DNA of 64,000 bases from Candidatus Liptonbacteria bacterium (GCA_016194445.1 JACQBP010000035.1:4396-68395); one strand, 5' to 3'; counted from the stretch's first letter, positions 25,837 to 38,383 are shown. Numbers and translations: made by a program. The notes: a model not told the origin generated them from the sequence alone.

Positions 25837-27168
25837 ATGACACCGAGAAAAGTGGCTATAAAAAAGAAAGCTCCCACGGAGGAGAATCTTTTTAGGATCC
25901 CGAGGGGGATGCACGATATCCTACCGGCGGATCAGGTGTGGTGGGAGAGAATTGATAAAACGGCCAGAGAGCTAGCGGATTTTTATAACTTTCAAAGAAT
26001 CGAGACACCGATTTTGGAGCAGGTGAGTCTTTTTGAGCGGACAGTGGGAGGCGATACCGATATTGTTCAGAAAGAGATGTACACCTTAAAGACTAAGGGG
26101 GGAGATTTTTTGGCGCTCCGACCAGAAGGGACGGCGCCGGTCATGCGGGCTTATTTGGACCACGGTTTAGGTTCGCTCGGGCAACCTCAAAAGTTTTTTT
26201 ACCAAGGACCTTTTTTCCGGCACGAAAATCCCCAGGCGGGGAGGTTTCGGCAGTTTTATCAGATCGGTTTTGAGATTATTGGCGGAGTGAATGATCCTAT
26301 CTACGACGCGCAGGTGATTTTAATTTTTGATAGACTTTTAAAAGGCCTCAAAATTAAAAATACGATTTTGAAGGTTAATTCGATTGGTTGTAAGATTTGC
26401 CGGCCGAACTATAAAAGACAGCTAGCGAATTATTATAAACGTTATGAAAAAGATCTTTGCAACAATTGTTTGCGGCGTTTGAAAGTTAACCCGCTAAGGC
26501 TTTTGGATTGTAAAAATCAAAATTGCCAACCCTTTAAGGAAAAAGCGCCCAATTTGTTTGATAAAATTTGTACAAGTTGCGGTCGACACTTGAGAGCGGT
26601 CCTTGAATACTTAGATGAGCTCGAGATAGTTTACGAGTTAGACAATACCTTGGTGAGAGGCCTGGACTATTACAGCCAAACAGTTTTTGAATTCTACGCG
26701 ACGGACTCGAATATCGGAGCTTTACCGGGCGGGGGCCGCTACGACTACTTGGCAGAATTTTTGGGCAGCAAGGCGACGGCAGCGGTGGGAGGAGCCACAG
26801 GAGTGGAGAGACTGATTGAAGTGATGAAAACCCAAGAAGTGAAATGGCCAAGTCGGACTCCTAGAAAAGTATTTTTGGTGCACGTGGGTGATTTGGCTAA
26901 AAAGAAGTCGCTTAAAATTGTTGAGGAGCTAAGATCGGCGGGAATTCCGGTCGGTGAGGCCTTAGGAAAGGAATCGGTGAAAGCTCAACTCAAACAAGCG
27001 GATAAACAGGGGAGCGTCCTTGCGATTATTTTTGGCCAGAAAGAGATTTTTGAGGAAAGCGTGATTATTCGAGATTTGCGGACTGGCTTGCAAGAGAGCG
27101 TGATTTTGTCTAAAATGGTGTTCGAAATCCAGAAACGGCTTAAAGAAAGACCCGTTGAAAATAAATGA
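25837..27168 (+). CDS. hisS: Histidine--tRNA ligase
   Basis: PRGMHD, LRPEGTA, FRHENPQAGRFRQF, LVRGLDYY, GGGRYD. Confidence 0.97.
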   Translation: MTPRKVAIKKKAPTEENLFRIPRGMHDILPADQVWWERIDKTARELADFYNFQRIETPILEQVSLFERTVGGDTDIVQKEMYTLKTKGGDFLALRPEGTAPVMRAYLDHGLGSLGQPQKFFYQGPFFRHENPQAGRFRQFYQIGFEIIGGVNDPIYDAQVILIFDRLLKGLKIKNTILKVNSIGCKICRPNYKRQLANYYKRYEKDLCNNCLRRLKVNPLRLLDCKNQNCQPFKEKAPNLFDKICTSCGRHLRAVLEYLDELEIVYELDNTLVRGLDYYSQTVFEFYATDSNIGALPGGGRYDYLAEFLGSKATAAVGGATGVERLIEVMKTQEVKWPSRTPRKVFLVHVGDLAKKKSLKIVEELRSAGIPVGEALGKESVKAQLKQADKQGSVLAIIFGQKEIFEESVIIRDLRTGLQESVILSKMVFEIQKRLKERPVENK

Positions 27169-27581
27169 AAAGCTGCCTTTTTTGCGCGATAGCTAAGAAA
27201 GAGATTCCAGCCAACGTGGTTTACGAGGATAAGGACAATCTGGCTTTTCTGGATGTTAAACCGAGGGCGCCGGGGCACGTGTTGGTGGTTCCAAAAATTC
27301 ACACCGAAACGATTCTGGACTTAAAGGAGGGCCAGGGACCATCACTTTTAAAGGCTTTGGTCAAAGTCGAGCAGAAGCTTTACGAGGTTTTAAGTCCCGA
27401 TGGACTCACGGTGGGTATTAATGAAAAGGAGGCAGCGGGACAGGAAATCAATCATCTCCATATTCACATCATCCCTCGGTTTTTCGGAGACGGCGGCGGT
27501 TCCATACAAAGTGTAGTCGACAATCAGCCTAAAGAGTCGTTGAATGAAGTCTTAAAAAAATTTAAATTGACCAATGGTTAA
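27165..27581 (+). CDS. HIT-family protein
   Basis: CLFC, GHVLVVPK, HLHIHIIPR. Confidence 0.95.
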   Translation: MKSCLFCAIAKKEIPANVVYEDKDNLAFLDVKPRAPGHVLVVPKIHTETILDLKEGQGPSLLKALVKVEQKLYEVLSPDGLTVGINEKEAAGQEINHLHIHIIPRFFGDGGGSIQSVVDNQPKESLNEVLKKFKLTNG

Positions 27582-27786
27582 AGTATTAAAGAAAGAAGGG
27601 GAATCGGCGAGCGCCCTGCTTTTTCGATTCTCAAAAAAAATAAAGCAAAGTGGAGTCCTCCGGGAAGCTAAACGGAGGCGTTTTAGGCAGAGGCCGCTTA
27701 ATAAACGAAAAAGATTGGTTTCGGCTCTCCACCGCGAAAAAAAGAAAAGTGAAATTGAGAGATTGAAGAAGTTGGGCTTGGCATAA
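27574..27786 (+). CDS. rpsU: 30S ribosomal protein S21
   Basis: KKEGES...LFRFSKKIKQSGVLREAKRRRF; followed by yqeY and ybeY. Confidence 0.8.
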   Translation: MVKVLKKEGESASALLFRFSKKIKQSGVLREAKRRRFRQRPLNKRKRLVSALHREKKKSEIERLKKLGLA

Positions 27787-27794
27787 CTAATCTC

Positions 27795-28247
27795 ATGACG
27801 CTCCAAGAAAAGATTAACCAAGATCTGAAGGAGGCAATGAAAGCCGGAGAAAAAGAAAGAACTCAAGTCCTTCGATTCATTTTAGCTCAAATTCACAATC
27901 GAGAAATTGAAAAGAGATCTAAGGGCCAAGAGGGTGCTTTATCCGAAGAAGAGGCATTAGAGGTTCTAAATAAAGAGGTTAAAAAAAGGAAGGAGGCCCT
28001 CGAGCTTTTCCGGAGGAGTGGTCGAGCTGATCTGGTCGGTAAAGAGGAAAAAGAACTCACTTTTTTCGGAGGTTACTTGCCAGAACCGATTTCAAATCAA
28101 GAAATTGAAGCGGCGGTTGAGGATATTTTAAAAAAGGGTGGCCGAGATTTTGGGTTGGTGATGAAAGAGGCTAAGGCGAGACTAGGATCCCGCGCTGATG
28201 GGAAAATACTCAGCGAGATTGTGAAAGCGAAACTTGGGAAGGTTTAA
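27795..28247 (+). CDS. GatB/YqeY domain protein
   Basis: DLKEAMKA, KKRKEALELF, YLPE, DFGLVMK, RADGK. Confidence 0.92.
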   Translation: MTLQEKINQDLKEAMKAGEKERTQVLRFILAQIHNREIEKRSKGQEGALSEEEALEVLNKEVKKRKEALELFRRSGRADLVGKEEKELTFFGGYLPEPISNQEIEAAVEDILKKGGRDFGLVMKEAKARLGSRADGKILSEIVKAKLGKV

Positions 28248-28261
28248 ATTGGGATTGGCTT

Positions 28262-28708
28262 ATGATAAACAAGGTAAAAGTTTTTGTTCAGCACAATCGA
28301 TACCAGAACTTTGAAAACCCAACCAGGAGAGTCGCCAAAGAAACTTTAAGAATTTTAAAAAAAGAAGGGTTGGTTTTGGAGATCAACTTGGTGGATAGTC
28401 GACGGATGAGGTTTCTAAACAAGAAGTTTAGAGGTAAGAACGTCGCGACTAACGTCTTAAGTTTTGAGGGAATGAGAAAGGGGGAATTTTTTGAACCTGG
28501 AATAAGTTTGGAGAAAGGGTGGCGGGATCTAGGCGAGATTTATTTGAACCCAGGGTATATTTTAAAGCAGAAGGAAGATTTAGGGAGGATGGTTATCCAC
28601 GGCATTCTTCATCTACTTGGCTATCAACACGATAAAAAAGATGATACTATTAGGATGGAAAAATTGGAAAAAAGCTTGAAGGGTTTGATTAGGGTAGGTT
28701 TTTCGTAA
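28262..28708 (+). CDS. ybeY: rRNA maturation RNase YbeY
   Basis: LNKKFRGK..TNVLSF, LGEIY, HGILHLLGYQH. Confidence 0.93.
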   Translation: MINKVKVFVQHNRYQNFENPTRRVAKETLRILKKEGLVLEINLVDSRRMRFLNKKFRGKNVATNVLSFEGMRKGEFFEPGISLEKGWRDLGEIYLNPGYILKQKEDLGRMVIHGILHLLGYQHDKKDDTIRMEKLEKSLKGLIRVGFS

Positions 28709-28728
28709 ATTAATCTGATTTAAATTAA

Positions 28729-29964
28729 ATGGGGAAGGATTTTATTGTTGGGTTAGACATTGGCACTTCGAGCATTAAAGCCGCCGTGGCGGAGAATAAA
28801 AAAGGGTACCCGGTACTCCGAGGGGTTTTTGCGGAGCCTTCTTTGGGTCTTCAGAGAGGCAGCGTTTTTGATTTAACGGAGGCATCGCAGAGTATTGGTC
28901 GGGTGCTTTCAGAGATAAGGAAGATTCACCGGAGGGCGGTTAAAAACATTTACGTGGGGATTGGCACCCCTCAAGTTAAGGTGCAGAGTTCCAAAGGAGT
29001 AGTGGCGGTTTCTAGGGCGGACAACGAAATTTACCGAGATGACGTGGATAGAGTAGTGCGCGCCAGCCAGGCGATTAATTTATTGCCGAATCGGATGATT
29101 ATCCATACCATCACTCGGGATTTCGTGATTGATGGAATAGGGGATATCAGCGACCCCTTGGGACTCAGTGGCAATCGCTTAGAAGTGAACGCGCTCGTGG
29201 TGGACGCTTTTACGCCGCATATTAAGGGTTTGATCAAAGTGATCGATTTGGTGGGCGGAGAAATTGGGGGATTAGTTTTTGCACCGCTTGCGAGCAGCCG
29301 CTCAGTTTTAAGCAAAGTTCAGAAAGATTTAGGTACGGTTCTCGTGGACATTGGTTTTGGGACGACGGGGATGAGTGTGTATGAAGAAAACCGGTTGGTG
29401 GGTTTAGGAAAATTTCCAGTGGGAGCCCACAATATTTCGAAAGACTTAGCTGTCGGTTTAAAAATCCCATTACTAGCGGCGGAGAATTTGAAACTTAATT
29501 ATGGTTCGGCGATGTCTCGGGAGGTGGCCGCCAGAGAAATGATCGAACTCAAAAAATTTTCGCCGGAGACTCACGGTTCGGTATCGCGGCGATTTATCGC
29601 TGAGATCATCGAAGCTCGACTTGCAGAAATTTTTGATTTCGTTAATAATGAGCTGAAATTAATAGGGAGAGCTGGAAAGCTGGCCGGGGGTGTAGTTTTG
29701 GTAGGTGGGGGAGCGAAGCTACCGGGCATCACCGAACTAGCTCGCCAAGAGCTCAAGCTTTTCAGTCAGGTTGGATTTACCAACCAAAATGAGTGGTTTA
29801 AAGAGGTGACCGGTTTTACCGAGGCGATGGAGGATCCTGAATATGTCAACGCTTTGGGTTTAGTGCTTTGGGGAGCGGATCAGGAGCATTGGTGGCCCAC
29901 CTCCCAAGGAGCGAGTAATTTTATGGGGAGCATGAAAGATTTTTTGAGCTACTTCAAACCTTGA
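28729..29964 (+). CDS. ftsA: Cell division protein FtsA
   Basis: GLDIGTS, LVDIGFGTT, IEARLAEI, VLVGGGAKLPG. Confidence 0.96.
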   Translation: MGKDFIVGLDIGTSSIKAAVAENKKGYPVLRGVFAEPSLGLQRGSVFDLTEASQSIGRVLSEIRKIHRRAVKNIYVGIGTPQVKVQSSKGVVAVSRADNEIYRDDVDRVVRASQAINLLPNRMIIHTITRDFVIDGIGDISDPLGLSGNRLEVNALVVDAFTPHIKGLIKVIDLVGGEIGGLVFAPLASSRSVLSKVQKDLGTVLVDIGFGTTGMSVYEENRLVGLGKFPVGAHNISKDLAVGLKIPLLAAENLKLNYGSAMSREVAAREMIELKKFSPETHGSVSRRFIAEIIEARLAEIFDFVNNELKLIGRAGKLAGGVVLVGGGAKLPGITELARQELKLFSQVGFTNQNEWFKEVTGFTEAMEDPEYVNALGLVLWGADQEHWWPTSQGASNFMGSMKDFLSYFKP

Positions 29965-29971
29965 GAAAGAA

Positions 29972-31210
29972 ATGAAAAAAGCAAAAAAAATTAAAAAAGA
30001 GAAGAGCGAAAAAGCTTACGTACCTTTGGCTAATATTAAGGTAGTGGGTATTGGCGGTGGAGGAGGAAACGTGATTTCTAGAATGAGTCGGGATTTTTCG
30101 CGAAGCATTGATTTTATTGCCATCAACACTGACCATCAAGATTTGGATCATTGCGAAGTCAGAAAAAAAATTTATATTGGGAATAATTTGACTAAAGGTT
30201 TGGGGACGGGGATGAGCCCAGAGTTGGGACGGCAGGCGACCGAGGAGAATCGTTCGGAAGTGGCGGAGTCTTTGGCGGGAGCCGATTTGATTTTCATCGC
30301 GGCGTGTTTAGGGGGCGGGACGGGAACGGGAGCTTCGCCAGTAGTGGCGGAGGCGGCTAAGCAGACCGGAGCTTTGACTATAGCTTTTGTGACCAAGCCT
30401 TTTGGTTTTGAAGGCAGCCAGCGCGACAGGATTGCGCAGGATGGCCTCGCTAAGCTGAAAGATAAGGTAGACGCCTTGATAGTGGTGCCGAATGACCGGA
30501 TTTTTACCGTGATTAACAAGGATACGCCGATTGTTAAAGCTTTTGAGGTGATTGACGATGTTTTAAAAAATGCGCTTAAGGGAATCGTGGAGTTAATTGT
30601 GACACCGGGGATTATTAACGTGGATTTTGCGGACGTGAAGAATGTCATTCAAGATGCCGGTTCGGCGATTGTGGGGATGGGCGTGGCGAGCGGCCAAGAT
30701 CGAGCGGTCGCAGCGGTCAATCTTGCTTTGAATTCGCCGCTCTTCGAGATTAGCGCCGAAGGAGCGAAGGGTGTGATTTTGGGCATTTCCGGGAGCCGAG
30801 ATCTTAAAATGACCGAGATAAACGACGCCGCGAAAGTGGTGGCCCAGGTGGCGGACGCGTCCGCTCGGATTATTTTTGGAGCTTATTATGATCGACGACT
30901 CCGACCGAACCAAATCAAGGTTACCTTGATTGCCACCGGTTTTAACAGCGCTGGGCAGCAAGGCCACTCGCTTTTCGACAGCAGTTTTCAGTCAAAAAAG
31001 AGCGATTTTTTTGAGCCAATGAAGATGGGTGGCACTTATGGTGAAGAAGAGGAGGAAAAGAAAAGACCGCCGAAGACGGAAGGGACAGTGGTAAAGAGAA
31101 CCGAGAAAGACTCTTTGGTTGATCGAGGCGCAAAGTCAGAAGTGAAGAATAAAGATCGCGAGAGCGATATTTGGGATATTCCCACTTTTTTGCGGAAGAG
31201 GAAGAAGTAA
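29972..31210 (+). CDS. ftsZ: Cell division protein FtsZ
   Basis: IKVVGIGGGGGN, GGGTGTG, INVDFAD, C-terminal DIPTFLRK. Confidence 0.97.
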   Translation: MKKAKKIKKEKSEKAYVPLANIKVVGIGGGGGNVISRMSRDFSRSIDFIAINTDHQDLDHCEVRKKIYIGNNLTKGLGTGMSPELGRQATEENRSEVAESLAGADLIFIAACLGGGTGTGASPVVAEAAKQTGALTIAFVTKPFGFEGSQRDRIAQDGLAKLKDKVDALIVVPNDRIFTVINKDTPIVKAFEVIDDVLKNALKGIVELIVTPGIINVDFADVKNVIQDAGSAIVGMGVASGQDRAVAAVNLALNSPLFEISAEGAKGVILGISGSRDLKMTEINDAAKVVAQVADASARIIFGAYYDRRLRPNQIKVTLIATGFNSAGQQGHSLFDSSFQSKKSDFFEPMKMGGTYGEEEEEKKRPPKTEGTVVKRTEKDSLVDRGAKSEVKNKDRESDIWDIPTFLRKRKK

Positions 31211-31244
31211 GAGTCGATTGGTTTGTTAGTTGGAAGAAGGCACA

Positions 31245-31925
31245 ATGAATAAATTTGAGGGCATACAAAATTTTTCTTCTCCAGAAGGCCAAGCCATTGA
31301 GAGTGAGGTTGCCATTGAAATTGAGAAACCAGAAATGAAAGATTGCGAGAATTTAGTGACGGATGCGAGAGCTTTTCAAGAAGTTATGAAGATGCGCGAA
31401 GATGATGCTATTATGGCAGAGTATGTTAGGCAGGGTTTGGTAAGTTTTATTGGGGAGATGACCGAGGAAGAAATGCATCAGAAAGCATTAAAAGATGGTT
31501 GGCCTAACAACTGGGATGATGCTCATCCTATTTACGATAGTAATGGTATTCATCAGGAAAGATGGAAAGTTTACGAATTTAGTGAAGGACTTATTAATAC
31601 TGCAGCGAAAGTTAGAAATGGACAGAGTTTATCGCAAAACGAAACAAAGATTTTAAATGTGGCACAAAAATTAAATCAGGTAATTGACACACAGTTTTCC
31701 CAAGAGGATTTGTATATTCGTTCGTCTGACTATCAACTAAAAATATTAGAAGACTTAGTAGGTACAGATCAAGCTGAATATTTGGGTGAGTACAGTCAGA
31801 CAGAAGGATACGAAAAGTTACCGAATTTTGGCCCTTGGGTAGATAAGAATCATTTAAGGATACCAACTAAACTAAAGAATAAATTAGGCGAGAGGATATT
31901 TGAGTATTACCGGTTTATTAAATAA
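31245..31925 (+). CDS. Hypothetical acidic protein
   Basis: Long AT-rich ORF with no recognised motif. Confidence 0.55.
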   Translation: MNKFEGIQNFSSPEGQAIESEVAIEIEKPEMKDCENLVTDARAFQEVMKMREDDAIMAEYVRQGLVSFIGEMTEEEMHQKALKDGWPNNWDDAHPIYDSNGIHQERWKVYEFSEGLINTAAKVRNGQSLSQNETKILNVAQKLNQVIDTQFSQEDLYIRSSDYQLKILEDLVGTDQAEYLGEYSQTEGYEKLPNFGPWVDKNHLRIPTKLKNKLGERIFEYYRFIK

Positions 31926-31971
31926 CGTACTTTGTTTTTGACCGTTGCTTTACTACGAGGTAGCAGAGTGA

Positions 31972-33021
31972 TTACTCAACTTCCTCGAGTTCGAGGGGTT
32001 TTTCGAGAGAGATGGGTTCGGTGCCGACAGTGACGCCGGTGATTTTTAGGACATCCTTATCAATTTTAGAAAGTTCCTTGTAGGCGGAGTTGTACATACC
32101 GACGGTGGTACCAAGGTGGGTGCCTAGTTTTTTCATGTAGGTTTCGTAGGAGATCAAGTGGCGGCCAAGTTCTTCGACACGCTTGCGGATTTCTTTGGCG
32201 GACTCTTCAATTTGCATAGCCTTGAGGCCCTGGAGAACGGTTTGGAGGTAGGCTAAAAAGGAAGTAGGGGAGACGACGATGACTTTTTTCTCGTTAATAG
32301 CATATTCAATTAAATCGCGAGTGTTGGCTTTGACTACGCCGATTTTGTTGACTAGTAAGTCGTAGTAGATAGCTTCCGAAGGAATAAACATGAAAGCGAA
32401 TTCCATGGTGCCTTCACTTGGTTTTATATATTTTGAAGTTTCTTCGATGCGGTTTTTGAGGTCTTGTCTAAAGGCTTCTTCAAGGCGTTTTCTTTCAGAT
32501 TCATCTGAGGTTTCTAGGATTCGATTATAGTTTTCTAAGGAAAATTTCGAATCAATAGGAATGATTTTATCTTTCACAAAAATAACCGCGTCAACTTTAG
32601 TGCCGTCTTTGAATTCGTATTGGGTAGACCAAGTGCCGGGCGGGAGAACATTTTCTAAGACAGTGTTTAAATAATATTCGCCCAAGACGCCGCGTTGCTT
32701 CGGGTTTTTCAAGATATCCTGAAGGTTCTTGAGTTGATCGGTGACATTCATCACTTGTTTCTGGCCTTCGCCGACTTTGGTGAGTTCTTGGGTGATTTCT
32801 TTGATGATTTTGGCGGATTCTGAGAATTGGCGTTCGAGAATGCGGGCGGATTCGCCAAGCTTAGAGTCAAGGGTGCGGTTCAGTTCATTCAACTGGTTTT
32901 GCAAAAGTAAGAGAGATTTATCTTCGGCTTTGTCTTGTTTTTGGGATTTTAGAAGTTGCCAAATTAGGCCGAAGCCGATGACGAGAATAACAAGTATGAA
33001 GATTAAGAAAATACTTTGCAT
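31972..33021 (-). CDS. rmuC: DNA recombination protein RmuC
   Basis: N-terminal TM and coiled coil, RGVLGE, IPIDSKFSL, FAFMFIPSE, VSPTSF. Confidence 0.93.
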   Translation of the reverse strand: MQSIFLIFILVILVIGFGLIWQLLKSQKQDKAEDKSLLLLQNQLNELNRTLDSKLGESARILERQFSESAKIIKEITQELTKVGEGQKQVMNVTDQLKNLQDILKNPKQRGVLGEYYLNTVLENVLPPGTWSTQYEFKDGTKVDAVIFVKDKIIPIDSKFSLENYNRILETSDESERKRLEEAFRQDLKNRIEETSKYIKPSEGTMEFAFMFIPSEAIYYDLLVNKIGVVKANTRDLIEYAINEKKVIVVSPTSFLAYLQTVLQGLKAMQIEESAKEIRKRVEELGRHLISYETYMKKLGTHLGTTVGMYNSAYKELSKIDKDVLKITGVTVGTEPISLEKPLELEEVE

Positions 33022-33025
33022 ACAG

Positions 33026-33409
33026 TTACCGACTGTTGGTTGAAGTAGGAGTTTCGTTTTTCAATGAGGTTGGTTGGGAGGTTTTGGGCGTACCAGACAA
33101 AAGCGATAAGGCGTAATAAAGTCCACCGATGACGGCGATAATAATGATGGATAAAAATATAGTTTTTCCTAACCGAGTGGGATTACTATGGACACTAGGT
33201 GAGATTTGGCCTTGGAATTTTTTGATGGTTTCTTCTTTGTAATTGGATTGATTAGGGAGGGGATCGGTTTGGCTTTTGGTCAGACTTAAAGCTTCGTCAA
33301 CCTCACGCTCGGGCCAGCCGAAGGCAATGAGTTCCTCGCGGATTTTGCTCTCGGGTTTGCCATTCACAATCATTTGCTGAATGTAATTTGTGATTTCGCT
33401 CGAGATCAT
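33026..33409 (-). CDS. Hypothetical protein with N-terminal helical domain and one TM helix
   Basis: YIQQ..NG..ESKIREELIAFGWPEREVDEAL N-terminal module; TATAAT 8 nt upstream of the ATG. Confidence 0.7.
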   Translation of the reverse strand: MISSEITNYIQQMIVNGKPESKIREELIAFGWPEREVDEALSLTKSQTDPLPNQSNYKEETIKKFQGQISPSVHSNPTRLGKTIFLSIIIIAVIGGLYYALSLLSGTPKTSQPTSLKNETPTSTNSR

Positions 33410-33813
33410 GAGAGTTAATTATACCACTTTAATTTGGTTTTTTAGGCCTGGTTTTGACTTGGATGTATTTTCTGAGTCGAAAGCTGGCCGAGGTTCGATA
33501 AGAGGGCCCCGCACTAAATTGGGCGTGAAAGTTTCGTTTAGGTTTGGCGTTTGGTTGGTGCCTCATTTACTTCCAGTTTATAATCGGTTCAAGGTTGTTT
33601 TTGAGAGACAAAACGCCCAAGTTAGTGACGGGGTAAATTTGCCTCGACGATTGCCAACTTGGGAGTGGTTTTTCATTTTTAATTTTGAGATACAAACTTT
33701 ATTCGGATCTTTTAATTTTATACTAAAAAGAGGCGGCCGTCACAAAGTAAAAAGCCGCTCCCTTCGGGCACCCCTCCTTTACTGAAAAATCAGTCTGATT
33801 TCAAGTTCGGACT

Positions 33814-34053
33814 TTAGTCGACGAGGACGTTGATTTTGTTGCGGGGGGCCACTTCCAAAAAGCCACCGTTGATTTCCATTTCTTTTTTTTGGTTTTTTTG
33901 CTCAATGATAACGGCCAAACCTGGTTTCAGAAGCGTGATGAGCGGGCGGTGATTTTCTAAAACGGTAATTTCGCCACTTGTAGTTTGGATGTTTAAAGAG
34001 ACGACGTCACCTTCGTATTCGATACCTTTTAGAGAAATTACTTTTAAAAGCAT
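33814..34053 (-). CDS. atpC: ATP synthase epsilon subunit (N-terminal domain only)
   Basis: GEITVLENHRPLI, GGFLEV; last gene of the atp operon. Confidence 0.9.
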   Translation of the reverse strand: MLLKVISLKGIEYEGDVVSLNIQTTSGEITVLENHRPLITLLKPGLAVIIEQKNQKKEMEINGGFLEVAPRNKINVLVD

Positions 34054-34067
34054 TTTTAACTTCCGCC

Positions 34068-35462
<1,395 letters not shown>

Positions 35463-36386
35463 TTAGTTTAGGGCAGTTTGGGTCGACGTGATTTCGATAA
35501 GTTCCCGCGTGATATTGCTTTGGCGGGCTTTATTGTATTCAAGAGTGAGAGTGTTGGCTAGATCCTCGGCGTTGTCGGAAGCGGTTTTCATGGCCACTCT
35601 GCGAGCCGAGTGTTCAGAGGCGTTGGCTTCGAGGATGAGGTGATAAATTTGGAGTTTCACTAAATGGGGGATCAGGAATTCGATGGCGGTCGCGGGGGTG
35701 GGTTCAAAAATATATTCAGTTTCAACATGATTGCCATTTTGCTTTTCAATAATATCCGAATAGCGGCCGTGCTCCGGGACGATTTCTTTGATGGTTTCTC
35801 GGATTTTTTCAAAATCAACCGGCAGGATTTGGCGAGTCAATGTTTCTTGTTTCAAGGCCGTTCGGAAATGAGTGGAGATGGTGATAACTTTATCCCAGTC
35901 GCCTTTTTTGAAACCGTCGATTAGAAATTTGGCAATGGGTTCGACCTCGCCGGGTTTAACGAAGTCGCCAACGCCATAAAAGCTACTGATTAAGTTAAGT
36001 TTTTTTCTTATAGCGTAGGCGTGAGTTTTTTTGCCAACCGCCACGACAGTGAGATTGTCACTGGTAAAATGCTCTGATTCCAAAAGGCGATCCGTTACTC
36101 TGAAAACCTGGGTATTGAAGGCGCCGGTTAAGCCTTTATCCGAGGCGATGATTACTAAAAGAGTTTTTTTAACCGGGCGTTCAGTGGTAAGAATAGTTTG
36201 GACCGGAGTATTTTTAGAAAGTTTTTCGAGTAAATGGATAGCTTCGAAGGCGTAAGGTCGAGAGTTTAGAGCCACTTCTTGGGCGCGGCGCATTTTGGTG
36301 GCCGAAACTACCTCCATGGCTTTGGTGATCTGACCAACGTTTTCTACGGCTCGGCGTCTGGTTTTAGTGGTTTGTAGGGATTCCAT
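35463..36386 (-). CDS. atpG: ATP synthase gamma subunit
   Basis: ITKAMEVVS, SDKGLTGAFN, ASEHSARRVAM, YNKARQSNITREL. Confidence 0.96.
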   Translation of the reverse strand: MESLQTTKTRRRAVENVGQITKAMEVVSATKMRRAQEVALNSRPYAFEAIHLLEKLSKNTPVQTILTTERPVKKTLLVIIASDKGLTGAFNTQVFRVTDRLLESEHFTSDNLTVVAVGKKTHAYAIRKKLNLISSFYGVGDFVKPGEVEPIAKFLIDGFKKGDWDKVITISTHFRTALKQETLTRQILPVDFEKIRETIKEIVPEHGRYSDIIEKQNGNHVETEYIFEPTPATAIEFLIPHLVKLQIYHLILEANASEHSARRVAMKTASDNAEDLANTLTLEYNKARQSNITRELIEITSTQTALN

Positions 36387-36424
36387 AATATTAATTAAAA
36401 GTGAAATGAGACATGAGACAAGTT

Positions 36425-37954
36425 TTAAAAAATCTTTTTAAACTCGGCTAGGGAAGACTTTAAATTTTTTTCGGTTTCTTCGCTTAATTCAGTGGATTTC
36501 TGAATTGCCCCTAGCACTTTCTCGTGGTGCATTTTTCCCAAGAAATCTACAAGCTTAGCTTCAAATTCTTTGATGCGATCTTTGGGAACGTCATCTAGAA
36601 AACCGTTAATCCCAGCGTAAAGGGCCACCACCTGTTTTTCGAAAGAGACGGGTTCGCGGTCGTTTTGTTTTAGAAGTTCGGTGAGGCGGTCGCCGCGTTC
36701 GATTTTTTGTTTGGTATTTTCATCTAAATCCGAAGCAAACTGGACGAAGGCTTGGAGTTCCCTGAATTGAGCCAGTTCGAGGCGGAGGCGGCCGGCGACT
36801 TTTTTCATAGCCTTGGTTTGGGCAGAGGAACCGACGCGCGAGACCGAGAATCCGACGTTGACCGCGGGACGGAGGCCTTGGTAGAAAAGATTGGACTCTA
36901 AATAAATTTGGCCGTCGGTAATCGAGATGACGTTAGTGGGGATGTAGGCTGAGATGTCGCCGAGCTGGGTTTCGATAATGGGCAGAGCAGTGAGGGATCC
37001 GCCGCCCTTTTCTTTAGAAAGTTTAGCCGCCCGTTCGAGGAGACGGGAATGGAGGTAGAAGATGTCACCGGGGTAGGCTTCACGGCCGGGGGGACGGCGC
37101 AAAAGGAGAGAGAGCTCTCGGTAACTTTGAGCGTGTTTTGAAAGGTCGTCGTAGATAACAATCGCGTCCCCGCCCTTTTCCATAAAGTATTCGCCAATGG
37201 CGCAGCCGGCAAAGGGAGCGAGGTACTGGAGAGCGGCTGGGGCGGAGGCGGGAGCCGAGACGATGATGGTATATTTAAGGGCGCCGGCTTCTTCTAGAAC
37301 TTTGACGATTTTAGCAACTTTGGAATTTTTTTGACCGATAGCGACATAGACACAGATGGCTGGTTTCGACACCGAATCCTTGCCTTGATTTAAAATTGTG
37401 TCTAGAGCAATAGCCGTTTTACCGGTACCGCGGTCGCCGATGATGAGTTCTCTCTGGCCTCGGCCGATTGGAATCATGGCATCAATCGCTTTGACACCGG
37501 TGTGGACTGGGACGCGGACCGATTCGCGATCGATAACCGAAGGAGCCAAACGTTCGAGAAAATAATCCTCGGCTTTTTCTGGTTGATCAAAGATAACACC
37601 TTTATTATCAAGGGGAAGGCCCAAGGGGTTGACCACTCGGCCGATCATTTCAGGGCCCACTTTAATGGACAAGACTTGGCCAGTTTGACGGACGCGCTGG
37701 CCAATTTTGACTTTCTCAAAGTCGCCTAAGATAATGGCGCCGATGGAGCTTTCTTCTAGGTTTGAAGCGAGACAAGGCACATCGCCGGATTCAGTTTCAA
37801 TCGTGAGAATTTCTTGGCTTAAACTTTGAGAGAGACCAGAGATTTTAGCAATACCATCGGAGGTTTCAATGACGATTCCAACTTTCTCAAATTCGGCATC
37901 ATCCTTGAAGCCTTCGATTTCTTTTTTTAGTTTTTCGATAATGTCGTAGGCCAT
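36425..37954 (-). CDS. atpA: ATP synthase alpha subunit
   Basis: [40 protein letters not shown]. Confidence 0.98.
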   Translation of the reverse strand: MAYDIIEKLKKEIEGFKDDAEFEKVGIVIETSDGIAKISGLSQSLSQEILTIETESGDVPCLASNLEESSIGAIILGDFEKVKIGQRVRQTGQVLSIKVGPEMIGRVVNPLGLPLDNKGVIFDQPEKAEDYFLERLAPSVIDRESVRVPVHTGVKAIDAMIPIGRGQRELIIGDRGTGKTAIALDTILNQGKDSVSKPAICVYVAIGQKNSKVAKIVKVLEEAGALKYTIIVSAPASAPAALQYLAPFAGCAIGEYFMEKGGDAIVIYDDLSKHAQSYRELSLLLRRPPGREAYPGDIFYLHSRLLERAAKLSKEKGGGSLTALPIIETQLGDISAYIPTNVISITDGQIYLESNLFYQGLRPAVNVGFSVSRVGSSAQTKAMKKVAGRLRLELAQFRELQAFVQFASDLDENTKQKIERGDRLTELLKQNDREPVSFEKQVVALYAGINGFLDDVPKDRIKEFEAKLVDFLGKMHHEKVLGAIQKSTELSEETEKNLKSSLAEFKKIF

Positions 37955-38011
37955 ATAATAATTCAAAATTTAAAAGTTAAAATGAAAAATTTTGGTAATC
38001 TTTCAGATTTT

Positions 38012-38383
38012 TTATTTAAAAAGTTTGTGTAATTTTCTGTTTAGTGAACCATCAAGTTCGCGCTCGTCGTCGAAAGTGATTCTGACGCCCGCCACGAGAG
38101 ATGGATTCAGCGAAGTTTCAATCCAGTCTTTACGGGAAAATTTTTTGGTGATGGATTTGATTTGGGCTTCACTGGCTTCACGGGCAAATTCGATTTTGAT
38201 TTGCGAACCGCCGTTTTTTTTGATCTCGATTTTTTTGAAAGCCTCAAGAATTTTGGGGAAACTTTTTTGATCGCCATTTTTCTTGACCAATTTCAAGAAG
38301 TTCGAGATCAGAGGCTTTTCATCTTTAGCTTTTTCTAGAGATTTTGCGAGAGCTAAAGCATAATTTTTAGGGGAGTATTTCAT
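38012..38383 (-). CDS. atpH: ATP synthase delta subunit (short)
   Basis: YALAL at the N-terminus, NPSLVAGVRI...LDGSL at the C-terminus; operon position. Confidence 0.85.
   Translation of the reverse strand: MKYSPKNYALALAKSLEKAKDEKPLISNFLKLVKKNGDQKSFPKILEAFKKIEIKKNGGSQIKIEFAREASEAQIKSITKKFSRKDWIETSLNPSLVAGVRITFDDERELDGSLNRKLHKLFK

Noticed and set aside
33390-33785. 131-aa plus-strand ORF between the atp operon and the 33026..33409 gene
   Set aside because: Overlaps a promoter and terminator region of minus-strand genes, has no SD or motif; likely spurious.
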